From positions 5,402 through 69,401 of the forward strand of contig NMRA01000143.1 of the NCBI GenBank assembly GCA_002633005.1: a DNA stretch of 64,000 nt, in the 5' to 3' direction. How positions within the stretch are numbered: position 1 is the first letter of the stretch; the number at the start of each line of letters is the position of its first letter. Of this stretch, positions 1-12,391 are shown piece after piece. Origin of the DNA: Phoronis australis (lineage: Eukaryota > Animalia > Phoronida). A program made the translations under genes and the position numbers. The notes beneath the pieces were generated by a model. That model did not search any database, was not told where the DNA came from, and saw only the letters and a program-made list of their open reading frames with translations.

Positions 1-248
1 CAACACAAGTTTCTTGATGAGTTCTGACAAAATTTGGCAAATAGGATTCTGTTAAAGAGGAGACTACACGTTGCCATTAGCAGATCTAGCCAACATTTTC
101 TGTGACTCCTACTTCTAATTGTTGAATTTACTTTTGCGTCAATTTTTAGCGTGTACCTCTCTATCTGCTAAAGGATCATTATAAAATTTTACACAAGTGA
201 TCCTATTGTACGAACTTTGAAATCTGTGCATATGCAAACAACGACATA

Positions 249-295
249 TTAATCGACGTTTCGGTTTACTGTCACTAAACCATTCTCAAGACAAA
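249..295 (-). ncRNA. Minimal type I hammerhead ribozyme-like motif (U3:A8 core variant), probably from a Penelope-like element end
   Basis: Minus strand reads TTTGTC-TTGAGAA-T-GGTTTA-gtgacag-TAAACC-GAAA-C-GTC-GATTAA: core UUGAGAA...GAAA, 6-bp helix II, palindromic ACGT helix III, GUC triplet, imperfect helix I. Confidence 0.6.
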
Positions 296-1037
296 TGTTC
301 ACGATATTCCAGTCAGGTAACACAGGTGGAGAACAGTCTGCACATTCTGGCGTAGATTTGCAGGAGAGTTCAACTACTGTTGGGTACCTTACTGACAAAT
401 TGTTTTTTATGAAATTTGGTATATGTGTTCCAGTTGAAGAAAGTATGCCTCACCTTGCTTTTGGGACGAACCCATCAACTATGGCGTCCCCTAGTGGCAA
501 TTTAGGTTTTCTTTGAACATCTTCACGAAATAGGCAAAACAAGTTTCTATCAAGGATACGATAGCACTTGCCTAATTTCAGACCGAGTTGATTTATATTG
601 CGACCCCAGTGGCCTCTTTATTTTACAAATTACACGATACTAATAAACACCCCCACATGCATACTGTTTGTAGTGGTGTTGTGGAGCCCTGTGTTGCTCT
701 TGTTTCAAATAGCTTACCGCAGAATTTATGTGACGTCGTGGCTATTACGGACTACCATACCTTTTAGTTTCAAGACCTGTTTTGAGCAGTAGTATTAGTC
801 TATATATAAATGCCCTTATAACCTTTACAAGAAAATAAAAAGGCAACAATAATGCATTAATTCGTTGATAAAAACTTAACGAGACACAGTTAACAAAAAT
901 TCCATGTTTTAAAATGTATTTTCCTTTATATTCGCCATTATAGAACACAGGAAGAGTTTCGTCAGTCGAAAGATATTATGCTCTTGTGATGGTACACATC
1001 GGCTGTTATAAGATCAAAATTTTAATGTTCACAACAG

Positions 1038-1221
1038 GTGGAACCCGTTCTTGCTGACAATGCAGAATTGGATGACTACGAAACAGATTTCTCCAAGGAC
1101 GAGAACGCCCAGAGAGGCAACTGGTCAGGACGACTGGACTTTCTGCTCTCTTGTCTTGTGTCCACCGGAGGACTCGGAAACATATGGAGATTCCCTTACC
1201 TGTGTTACAAGAATGGAGGCG
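1038..1221 (+). CDS. SLC6 sodium:neurotransmitter symporter family, internal exon (N-terminus/TM1)
   Basis: cag|GTG acceptor and G|gtagg donor; encodes [32 protein letters not shown], the SNF/SLC6 signature. Confidence 0.9.
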
Positions 1222-1814
1222 GTAGGTACGGCCACCAGGTGGCTCTTGTGCATTGCAGTCGAACTAACAGTAACAGAACACCAACTGTATTGTATTGAGA
1301 ATTGTGTTGTTAATCTACCAACACTCCGATGGAAAAGAATTCAATTTTTAACTCTTTGGTAAACTTAGTCGTCTGTCCAATGTGGCTAAAATGTTTCTCA
1401 ATGTTTAATTTTAATTCTCCTGTGTACAACTGACGATAGAAACCAAAATTCGAATTCTGGTGAAAAGATAGTTGTATTAGCGTAAGAGTAATTTTTAGTG
1501 CTGAATGAATTTCTTATGCAGGTTACTTTTATTGTGAAAATGACTGAAACCAGTGCATTTATTTATTAAGTATAGCTCTTGTGTTTGTATCCATTTTAAA
1601 ACTATATTGAACGCTGCTTCAGCTGGTCAAGACAAAATACGAGCAAAGGAGTTACGCCGTATTACTTAAACAGAGCTCAACATACCTTAAAAATCTGTCC
1701 TGCAACACTACCTTGAATTTGAAGTGTGTGAGCCTTTGGAGATTTTCAACTTAATCAAACACTGCAAATTGTACTCGCTGCTATTAATTATGCATTCTTT
1801 CTCTGTCTTTGTAG

Positions 1815-1946
1815 GCGCCTTCTTCATTCCCTACTGTATCATGTTGTTCTTTGTCGGCATACCCATCTTCTTCTTGGAGCTGTCTCTTGGCCAGTTCAGC
1901 AGTTCGGGGCCCCTCACCTGTTGGAAATTTGCCCCTGCATTCACCG
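1815..1946 (+). CDS. SLC6 transporter, next exon (TM2)
   Basis: tttgtag|GC acceptor and G|gtgagg donor; phase-1 join gives [45 protein letters not shown], typical SLC6 TM2. Confidence 0.9.
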
Positions 1947-2171
1947 GTGAGGACAGCCAGTGTGGTGGTAGACATTCAATCAACTAGGCGCTTTTCGTCG
2001 CATTTTTCACAGCCTTTCGCCCCATTCTGTCGATCTTCATATAATGGAGTTGATCATTCAGATTCTTCAGTAAAAACCAAAGCGTGACGCCAACGAAAAG
2101 TATCGAGTTGTTTTTCAGATAATGATTGTTTTCGTATGGTACAGGGACGTTACTAAAATTGAAAGAGGGTA

Positions 2172-3412
2172 TTACTTAGTAACGTACTCCTCTTGTCTTT
2201 TTTTTAGGTCACCCATGACCACAAAATGACAATCACAAAACTTCTGAGACAAATTCAACAACTCTTGGCCAAGCAGGGTTACCCCATTTTTCTCTGCGGA
2301 GTTTTCATACACTGGCGATCCTTCTGGGGCTACATAAATAAAACAAATAAAAACATCGTTGTCCGTCTTAAACAACCTTTTGTCGCCCTTTATGACTACA
2401 CGGTGAATGTGATCAACCTTCAAACTTCTAAAATATTTTCCTAATTCATGTTTGATAAATACACTCACTCCTCCGGAGTTTCTTCCAAATTTTCTTCTCT
2501 TTNTGCGGAGTTTTCATACACTGGCGACCCTTCTGGGGCTACATAAATAAAACAAATAATAACATCGTTGTCCGTCTTAACCAACCTTTTGTCGCCCTTT
2601 ATGACTACACCGTGAATATGATCGACCTTCAAAAGTCTAAAATATTTTCCTAATTCATGTTTGATAAATACACTTACTCCTCCGGAGTTTCTTCCAAATT
2701 TTCTTCTCTTTATGTTTTGCACATCGAAATTTACATAGCCTGGTACACTAAACTGGTTTGGATTATTTGCCCATGTTTCACTGACTGCTACTACATGATA
2801 CCTAGATATAAAGTCAATAACCTCAGATTGTCCAATCTTTTTGGCGAGACCATGTGCATAAGTTTTCCTATCGTGAATGAGTTTGTCATACCGTATGCTT
2901 GCATTTTCCATGTCGTTTTCCTTCGAGAATTTATACAGTTCCTTTCTGGCATTGCGCACTCTAACTGAAAAATCTCCGGTAATGTGGATGGCTGGGTTTT
3001 GTAGGTTTTTGCGTTTCTTCAAAATGTAGGTCTTGTCTTTAGAAGACACCTTAGCAATGATCGGACGGGTCTTTCCACTTATTTTCTTTCCCAGTCTGTG
3101 TGCCCTCTCGACGTGGATATCGATACCTAAATGATCTTTGGCAAGATTTACTACGAGAGCTTCAGACATTTCCCACGATTCATTGTTTTCTTCTTTCAAG
3201 CCATGGACGATTACATTATCACGCCTAGACCGATTTTCTAGGTCATCAATTTTCGCGGTCAGATCTTTAATAAACGTTGTCAATTTTTCGTTCTCTCTTT
3301 TCGTGTCTTCATATTCTGTTCTGAGTTTGTTGAATTCTTTTTCCATATTATCGAATCGCTTGTTTAATGAGTCCAAAAGATCTTTGTTTGAGATATCTTG
3401 ATTGGGGCTCAT
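2172..3412 (-). mobile_element. LINE relic: L1-type ORF1 (coiled coil + RRM) in frame with an APE-type endonuclease; endonuclease segment duplicated across an 'n' join
   Basis: LENRSRRDNVIVHGLKE..VERAHRLG..RPIIAK (ORF1), then VVAVSETW..GGVSVFIK..FIYVAP (EN) and VVMGDL in the duplicated piece. Confidence 0.85.
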
Positions 3413-3639
3413 AAAATCAGCAATAGAGCTGCGGCTGTTGGCATTGTAATGGCGGATTACGTAACAACAATGGAGAGAGGAGGGATAGGCGTCGTAGCAA
3501 ATACACTTTTGTCCTGTAGACTATGGGCTGACCATAAATTTTACATTTGTGATCATTCCTCTGTCTCTATGTCTTAATACAGCAACGCACAAATTCCTGA
3601 GGCTTGGTTGTCCGTAAATTCCGAGGTATCTGATATTAT

Positions 3640-4600
3640 ATTATGAGGAGCACAATCACTGAGTCGACATGCCTATGCAGCAGCGCCCTCTCATCAAATA
3701 CATAAATTAAAAAACTGATGTTAAGATTACAATGACATATGATTACGAAAGTAAATAAATCATTTTCATACACACAAAGAGATTTAATATTATAAAGAAA
3801 TTTTGATACTATTTCGAATAAAACCTTATTTTCATTTGAGTTGAGTTCTTGACTTCCATATAGCAAAAATTAATTTTGTTGTACACTTACGGAATTTCAG
3901 AATATTTTTTATAAATATCTGGGTATTGTTCGAGTGTCTGGAAAAGCTGTACCCACTACTCCTTGCATACCTCACAAGCAAAGAAAACATGAGGATATAT
4001 CTGTATACCTCCACAGCAACACAGAGGCGAAATATTATTAAAATTATGTCTAAATTTCTCGTTGTTTAGGAATAGACCGCATCTTGATCTGTATAGGATT
4101 ATTTCGTGGTTGCGAGGAAGTTGGAACGATGTCAATGGGACTGGCAACTCTTGAATAGTAGTATGCATTTTAAAGTTATTTTTTAGAGTGACGATTGGAG
4201 TGCTTTCTTGTATTTTGCATGGTAAGGAATTCCAGTTGTCAGTACAAGTTAATATGGTAGATTTCCTGAAGGCTTGGCTGAGGGAAGATGGAATAGTGTG
4301 CATATTACTTTGCCGCAGTTCTGGTCTCGTGTTAGGTCTTTTGTAGGAGTCAAAGAGGATTTTGTTTGAGTAATTGTTTATGTTGATTAAGATTTTGAAT
4401 GTATACATGGACAATTGGAGTTTACGACGGGTTGCTAGTTTGCTCCAGTTGAGACTGTTTAGGACCTTGATTGTGTTGGATCCTTTGTATGCGTAATGCT
4501 CACCCATTTGACCAACGATGCCTGTGCAACGACTGAAGGCTAAACATAAATCAAAACTTAAATCACTTACCCAATCACGCCTTGTTTGCACGGGTTAATG
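3640..4600 (-). mobile_element. CR1/L2-like LINE ORF2 C-terminal fragment with 3' tail
   Basis: LNSLNWSKLATRRK..WNSLP..CCCG..HVFFAC resemble the post-RT C-terminus of CR1-group LINEs. Confidence 0.65.
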
Positions 4601-6597
4601 TCCTCACTTTTCGAGATGGTTCTACAAAGTGACTGACTTCGACTTGTGTTGTTACAACAAAAATACAGATGCCGATTTTCTTACCGATACTAACCAATCC
4701 TTTAGAAGTGGGTGAACAAACAAGATCACGTGACCAAGTAGACAACAAAAGAACGCTCCATTTCCTCGAAAAAGCTTTTCGTTGAAAACACCTTACGCAA
4801 ACAATCTAGAAGAAAAATAAAATCAGAACAACTCAACGAACAGTCTTTAACTTGAGGCAATATATTGAAAGTAAATGTTGCACTTCGTCTGGTAATAGGA
4901 TTGGGTTGAACACTGCATGCTCATTGGTTCATATGCTTTTGAACGAGAAAAGCCAAATTTTTTTTAGCCCTGACTTACTCTTGATGCACAGTCATGATGG
5001 CTGCAGTTTGCGTTGGATCCCTGTCGCCTGCTGTCTGAGAAACCGGGTGCGATTTCATGTGACTGTCAAACGGATCAAAATTGCCCAAAAGACAGCAGGT
5101 AAGAGCGGAACCATGATCACATTTTTAGAATTTCGAGAGAACTGGCGTTCTGAATCTGTAGACATATTTTTTCTAATACTTGCAGGGAAGCGATAATTTT
5201 GGGAAGAAAAACGTCAAATTTGTGGTTTTTAGATTCTATGTTTCTATGCAAGAATTTTTTTCGCTGTGACTTAACCGGTTAACAACTCTTTACCATAATT
5301 AAATTTCAGTCATCATGAGTGGTGCTTTTGAGTTGGGATTGCTACGAAACCATTTGTTTTTTTCAGATTCTTGATAAGGACGTGTGCAAAGGACTCATCT
5401 CCACTTAGATGTGCGACGGCAGCCAAAATCCTGTAACAACTGTAGTGTACCCCCATAGTGGGACCTTCAATTGTGTTTTATTACTGTAGGATAATATTTA
5501 GTCTAGCCTGTACAGTATTGACACGAAAGGAGTTCATATATTCATCAATGGTCAAAAAAACCCGCTGTTTTCAATAAAGCTTTTTATGATTGATTCAATA
5601 GAACTCGTTGATCTAAAGACGTCTGAAACGATTTCTCTTACCGTTCACTCTAGCACTAACATATAGGCCTACAATGAACACTGAATATGGTTGTATTCTG
5701 AAAGAAAGAAGTATCGCTTGAGTTCATGAAACTGGACTCCTTCAATTTCAGTCAGTAAAAAAGTTCCGCTTCAAACCATTCACCTTCATCAAATCGTTGA
5801 ACTATTTTGTAGATTTTGGGGGTCGGTTTCAGGGAACTGACTTTTAGACAAAAATGTGGTCTTACACTATAACATTGCCGAAAACAGGTTCAGCCAAGTA
5901 ATTATGAATACATCACTGTCTAGAGTGAATAAGTTACAGAAAATTTCCCAGTAACTAGCGCTTACGTGAATGTTGGCAACACGTACACTCTTTCACAGGG
6001 CTACAAAAGGTAGCATTTTGGAATAATGTCTCATTGGTTGAAGTAATGAAACCGACGTAATAACATGAGTCAGTTTGATTGGTTGAAATCTGGGAAACGA
6101 ATTTCAGTTTACTGTTACGTAGTATGGCGACCACCTTTGACTTGAATAGTTGCGATTTATTAAAATGGGCAGTGATCGAAGTAAACAAAATCAAGGAAAC
6201 CCAGATCCAGTAACAAGTACAGTGTATAGAAGACGTGTGCACGTGTTGGCGATGTGATCGCTAAACTTCCAACCAAGACATGCGCATTGATGTCCACACA
6301 CGGAATTCCGTGTGTCGTTCATCATGTTTCCACGGGCCAGTTTTTAGTATAGGTGTCGCTGTGTCAGAGGGTAGGCAACACGTAACCTCTCAAATGATTG
6401 ACTACATGATACAACAGTCCTCATCAGAGTGCCTGTATTAATTTCATCATGTGCATTGTAAATGGGCGGTAGACACCTCGTTAAAAGTAATACAGTTCTC
6501 ATTTCAAAAATATATGAATATGACCCCCAGCGTATCTTTGGCTATTCTATGTTTGCACTATTTCCCGGTTGACACCGCCATGCGCTCAACTCAACTC

Positions 6598-6743
6598 GCC
6601 GGCCTCTCCTAGTCGCTCTCTGAGAGGCTCGTCGTTCTGGGCAACCGGCCCATCCGTCTGCCGGCGCAGTATCGCATGCACCCGGCACGAGTTCCCGTCT
6701 AACATCTTCTACGAGGGCTCGCTGCAGAACGGTGTCACTGCCG
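6598..6743 (+). pseudogene. UPF1: UPF1 helicase exon, disrupted
   Basis: [29 protein letters not shown][frameshift]-EFPSNIFYEGSLQNGVTA, donor gtgagt; TAG where Q is expected; no clear acceptor. Confidence 0.85.
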
Positions 6744-7123
6744 GTGAGTCTATTTCCGATGTGCAGTCGTTGTTTGGAATTTTCCTGAATGTATACTTTC
6801 ATTCAGCTATTAACAGTAAAGATTCTTCTGTGTGGCATACAATTTGGCGGGCAAGTAAAATTTCGTTTTGTTAGACTTTCAAACAAAAATAACTACACAC
6901 CATGGTTTTTGTGGTTGTGTCATTTGCTACACTGCCCACATTTCAGTCGAAGGAATCAATCACTGTCGCTGCTATTTCTATTGTTTTACCAACATCCATC
7001 TGTTGCCTTGCTCCGTTCATGTCTCACCCACTGCTTTAAGTCATATCCTCTCTAGCAGCAGTTGTGCACGCCTCTCCCTTCACGCTCCTCCCTATTTCTC
7101 TCATCACTGTCAATCGCGCTCTC

Positions 7124-7359
7124 CAAGCCGACAAGCCGATGTTCTTTTACGCCAGCTCTGGCCAAGAGGAGATCGCCAGCTCGGGTAAGTCTTACCTCAA
7201 CCGGACAGAGGCGGCCACGGTGGTGAAGATCGCCACGCGTTTCCTGAAGGCGGCGTGAAGCCAGAGCAGATCGGTGTCATCACGCCGTATGAGGGCCAGC
7301 GTGCCTACCTGGTCCAGTATATGCAGTTTAGTCGGACATTCAACGCCAAGCTCTACCAG
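7124..7359 (+). pseudogene. UPF1: UPF1 helicase exon, disrupted
   Basis: [33 protein letters not shown]-[1-nt loss][26 protein letters not shown]..KLYQ, donor gtgggt. Confidence 0.88.
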
Positions 7360-7509
7360 GTGGGTACATGCCTACCTTTCCAAATGAAAGCATATTAAGT
7401 TACTGAAGAAACAAGTTTAAGGAGATCTTTTGAAATTGCCCTTGTCGTTGTTTTTGTATGTAACTGTATTGGCTGAGCCTGGATGACCATGAGACTGTGG
7501 ATAAATGTT

Positions 7510-9873
7510 TTTTTTAGAATTTATTATCATTTATTAAACAGTACAAAAACAAACAAACAAACAAATAAGTACATCCATTCATTCACGCATGCACACCTCA
7601 GGAAAGACCATTCTCGTATCTCGTTTAAAGTAAATAACTTCTACACGTAGTTAACGTGAACAATGAAATTTTCCCATTTCGCAGAGAAGCTGTCATATAA
7701 AAAAGTTTTTGTATGCAATTAATTTTCAGCATTGTAGTACTCATAAGTATATGTTATAAACCTGTGAAAATTAGGTATATTTTTGTGAAATCTCTCCTTG
7801 TAAATTTACATGTACTGTTTGGCTATTAGAAGCAAAATGTTAAAAAGAAAATCATGCGTCTCGTAAAGTCCAAGAATAACTCGATCGTAAGAGATACTGT
7901 TGGGAAGCTGAATGCGACACTTTTGCATTAGCTGTCCGAATTCCTTCCAGAAATCTTGTGCAATGCGACATTCCCAAAAAGGTGTGACAGCGTCTCTGGA
8001 GCTTTATTACAAAAGAACATAAATTAGAATCCCGAACATGGATTTTGACTGAAAAGGTGTTTGTTGCAATAATCCTGCGTAGTATTCTAAATTGGAGCCA
8101 CCTAATGTTGGGATCTTTTGTAATTTCATAAGGCAATGCGTATATTTTCTTCCCGTCTAAACTATCTCCTAACTCTATGTCCCATTTACACTCTGACTTA
8201 GGAGGTTTCTTAACGTCATTTAAGACTGAACAAATATGTCAACAACTCTTCAAATCTTTCCGTAAGTGAGTGATTGCTAAAGTCGTGCAAGGAGCGTAGA
8301 CATTAACACATTTAAATTTACTTTGAAATAGACTTTTTGAAACCTTCTTAGAACGGAAACAACAACATTATATTCTACAAAGTTGGTTTTTACATCGAAC
8401 TTATTTTTCATATGGTTCAAACTAACGAAATCACCGCCAGAGTTATACATATCTCTTATACTAATAAATCTTAAGCCTTTTACAAACCAAGGCTTATTAA
8501 AAACACTTGTGCCTCCGATCGCCAAGTTACTCTTAAACCACAAAGGTTGATTCAAAAAGTCCTCCTTACTTGCAACAATTATTTTCTTGTAGAAAGATGT
8601 CATACTTCCAAATACTTCGAGCCAGTAAAAATTACCAATAAGAGCTAACTTCGACTTAATAAAGTCATCTCCAAATGAAGCAAAAGTCTTTAAGAACGGG
8701 TGCAGTGAGTACAGTAATTCACCACTTTTAGACGCAAGGCTTTCAAGATATCTACGGGCCATAACGAGTTTTGAAGCTTTGCTGAAAGTATGCATATTAA
8801 TCATTTGAAGTCCTCCCTTGATCAAGTCCTAAACAGGCCGTGGTTTGTTTAATTTTATCATGACGAGTCTGCCACACAAATCTAAAAAAGGCGTATTCAA
8901 TTCATCCAAGACTTTTACTGGTGGATTTGGTAAACTTGACAACAAAAAATTAAGTTTAGAAATAGCTAATGTCTTAATTACCGTTACTCTACCAAACGGG
9001 GTTAAAATTCGTCGACTCCAACTTTTCATAAACGCTTAATCTCAGTTATTCTTGCAGTGAAGTTCTTATGCGTCATACTTACCAATTGAGTGTCAAAATA
9101 CACTCCGAAAAATCTAGAAGATTTTTGTCCAAGACAGACTTTCTTTGTAGGAATCACGTCATCACTACCAGTTTTACTTTCAAACCATATGGCTTTTGTT
9201 TTATCCACATTCACTTGGAGACCGGCGACACTAGCAAACAAATGAAGTACATTCAATGTGCTAGTCAATGACAAATTCGACCCATCCAACGTAATTGAAG
9301 TGTCGTCCGCATATTGTGAAATCAAATATTCCTTATTTCCTGCAGCTACACCAGCAATATTTTTATTATTCTTAATTAAATACACCAAAATCTCCGCGCA
9401 CAATATGAAAATGTAGGGAGACAAAGGGTCACCTTGTCTGCAGCCACGCGAAATATTGAACCAGGAAGATGGGTAACCATTTACGACAACACAGGACTTA
9501 ATATTACTGTAAAAGACTTTCACCCACCTTCTCATAGACCAACCAAAATTAAGGAAAGATAAAGTGTTTTTGAATAAAATTCCACGACAATGAATCAAAT
9601 GCTTTCTCAAAATCAGTCAGTAAAAGCAATCCAGGTTTGTTAGCTGCCTGGGCATAAAACATTAAATCATATAGCACGCGTATATTTTCGTTCTTATTTC
9701 TTCCTGAAACGAAACCTGTCTGGTCCTTACTGATTAGTTTTCCGAAAACGGGTTTCAACCGTTCAGCCACAACCGAAGAAGCCAATTTATATGACACATT
9801 GAGTAAGGATATGGGTCTCCAGTTTTACTTTTATCTGCTCACTTAGGGATGCAGGTAATCACTCCCTCTTGAA
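7510..9873 (-). mobile_element. 5'-truncated L1/Tx1-clade LINE (RT + C-terminal zinc finger), frameshifted, in a UPF1 intron
   Basis: DQTGFVSGR, TDFEKAFDSLSW, GCRQGDPLSPYIF and SQYADDT motifs; AATAAA + poly(A) on minus strand near 7510; 12-bp TSD TGGATAAATGTT at 7498-7509 and 9874-9885. Confidence 0.92.
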
Positions 9874-10292
9874 TGGATAAATGTTATACAAATGACATGA
9901 GAGATGACTGGATCTGATCGTTTTGTGCATGCGTATGTATGTGTATGTGTGAAATAATAAATTAGGAAGAAACCCTCCATGGTAGTTTTGATGCAGTCGA
10001 CACTATGGACAGAGGAGCAAATGGGATGGCTGCATCTATAACTTCACTCTGATGATCAGTCAGTTTAGTGTAACTTTTTTGCTGAATGTTCTCTGGTGAC
10101 TGCATTGTGTTTTACATCTCATTTCATTCACTAGGTGTCAGTAGCGTAACAAATACGGTTTAATTCTGAGAGCCATAACTTATGAGTTTGTAGACAAATC
10201 ACCAGTGGTACGTCGCATGTTTGTGTCTGCAGCCAGATAAATTCGTGATCTTGTGGCTGTGTCTGCAATGTCATTTCTTCTGTATGCCACAG

Positions 10293-10438
10293 GACATAGA
10301 GGTCGCCAGCTTTGACGCGTTCCAGGGCCGTGAGAAAGACTACATCATCTTACCATGCGTCCGCGCTAACGCCGAACACCAGCGGATTGGATTCCTCAAC
10401 GACCCTCGCCGTCTCAACGTTGCTCTTACCAGAGCTAA
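10293..10438 (+). CDS. UPF1: UPF1 exon with helicase motifs V-VI; open frame but substitutions at conserved sites
   Basis: cag|[48 protein letters not shown]|gtaag; V>F, S>P and G>R relative to the UPF1 consensus. Confidence 0.85.
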
Positions 10439-10788
10439 GTAAGGATGGCATCTGTTTACTTCATTTGTTGTTCAAAAGTGCAGTCTCATTGTCAAGTTTG
10501 GTGTTTGAGAGGGACTTGTAGCTTTTCATAAATCAGCATTGTATAATTTCATACTGAGTGCTTGATGGTTGGAGTAATGGATTTCTTGATTAGAAATTGA
10601 ATTTACTGCACCTTATTTAAACAAATCAGTATGTTTTCTTTTTTGATTTCATTCAGCGGGATTAGGATTTACCATTTTGTGTAATGTCACTATGCAATGT
10701 TGCACCCCTCTATTACGGCTCACATCAGTGTTGCATCATGTCACAGCCTGTGCTTAGAAATCCCTACTGCCCATGAACAAGACTACTG

Positions 10789-11240
10789 CTGCCATCTGCT
10801 GTCTATTCCTTTAACTCCTGCCTCTCTCTGTCTTAAGTTTGGCATTATCATTGTTGGTAACCCCAAAGTGCTGTTCAAGGAGCCGCTGATAAACCACCTC
10901 CTGCCATCTGCTGTCTATTCCCTTACACCACCCCTTCTCTTTCTCTTTGTCTCAGGTTTGGTATCATCGTTAATAACCCCAAGGTGCTCTCCAAGCAGCC
11001 CCTGCTGCCATCTATTGTTTATTCCCTCAGCACCATTCCTTCCCTTCTTCTCTGTGCCAGGTTTGGTATCAACAGGCTTGGTAACCCCATGGTGGTGTGG
11101 AAGCAGCTCCTGTGCAATCACCTGCTGCCATCTATTGTCTATTCCTTTAACACCAACCCCTCTCTCTGTCCTAGGTTTGGTATCATCATCGTGGGTAACC
11201 CCAAAGTGCTGTCCAAGCAGCCTCTGTGGAACCACCTGTT
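10789..11240 (+). repeat. Four diverged ~105-120 bp tandem units built from a UPF1 3' splice site plus exon start
   Basis: Units start CTGCCATCT at 10789, 10901, 11005, 11125; each has a pyrimidine tract then GTTTGG.AT.A....AACCCC. Confidence 0.85.
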
Positions 11241-11349
11241 GTCTCACTACAAGGAACACTGTGTGCTGGTGGAGGGGCCTCTCAACAACCTCAAGGAGTC
11301 GGCCATTCAGTTCAGCAAGCCACGCAAGCTGGTCAACACCACTAATCCA
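11175..11349 (+). CDS. UPF1: UPF1 exon (end of helicase domain), intact
   Basis: ctag|[59 protein letters not shown]|gtgagt. Confidence 0.92.
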
Positions 11350-11720
11350 GTGAGTAGATTGGGTGGGGGGTGGGGGCATTGGAAGGATGGAGTGACCTCT
11401 TACTCCCAGCCATGTAGTGAGGAACAAACGAGCCATATTTGTGTGTGTTAAGCGCAGCTGCAAACAAACAGCGGAAGTAACGGGGCTCACGAGCCTAAAC
11501 TTCTTCAATTGAGGAGAGTATTGCTGACATGATTTGCATCCCTTGAGATTATATTAGGTTTATTAATATTGCTTCCTCCTGGGCAATGTTTAAAACAACG
11601 ACCGCCCCTTCTGTCTGTGCTGTATGTGATGCACACGGTAGGCTCATCTATACCCTGTGTTGCTCTCATAAAAATTTCTTCTCCAAAGTACTATTCATGT
11701 GACCTTGATTGACCTTGCAG

Positions 11721-11817
11721 GGTGGCAGATTTATGAGCAATACGATGTTTGATGCCAGAGAGGTGCTGATACCGGGCAGTGCCTATGACCGCTCCGTGCC
11801 CACCATGAATGGTGGAG
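11721..11817 (+). CDS. UPF1: UPF1 C-terminal exon, intact
   Basis: gcag|GGRFMSNTMFDAREVLIPGSAYDRSVPTMNGG|gtaagt. Confidence 0.88.
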
Positions 11818-12244
11818 GTAAGTTGGAGCTGTAGGGGGCAAGCAGTTCGGCTGCTTTTTTTTGTGGCTGATTTTCAACCAGTTAACTGCTGGTAATACAC
11901 CTTAACTGTAAACAGGTGGTTGCAGCGCGCTTTGATGGTTTGGAAGTTTTGACCAGGCATGCTGATCACTGTGAAAAATGAGTCTTTAAGTCATGGTGTG
12001 CGCCAGTGTGTTGTGCCTATTACATCATGAGTCATGGATGGTAATTCCTTGGTGTTTAAGTCATTAGTATTAACATTAAAGTTTTGGTATTAACTGATGT
12101 CAGGCTTTAATTAGCGTTGAATTGAGAATGGTACATTGATGTTGTGATTCGTGTATAACTCAGTGACCTGAGCACATTTTTTAATGGAAATATTTGGGTT
12201 GGATCACTGTCAGTAGATAAGCCTTAATGTCTTTTTCCTTCTAG

Positions 12245-12391
12245 CCGACGGGTTTCCTCGAATCCACGACCAGATGACTTACATCGGGCCCAACCGAGGC
12301 TACCCGATGGGCCTTAATCTGCCCATCCCCGTGGGAATGTTCATGCCCCCGCCTCCCGCCGCTCCCTACCAGAACGCCGTGACCGTGAATG
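12245..12391 (+). CDS. UPF1: UPF1 C-terminal Pro-rich exon, intact
   Basis: ctag|ADGFPRIHDQMTYIGPNRGYPMGLNLPIPVGMFMPPPPAAPYQNAVTVN|gtaagt; phases match neighbours. Confidence 0.85.

Noticed and set aside
4852-5196. 114-aa ORF with a gtaag donor near 5099 as a new first exon for the UPF1 copy
   Set aside because: No recognisable homology and no clear acceptor on the first UPF1 segment; unsupported without RNA data
10697-11508. Long overlapping ORFs of 197-218 aa
   Set aside because: Alternative-frame or antisense read-through of the splice-site minisatellite and UPF1 exon
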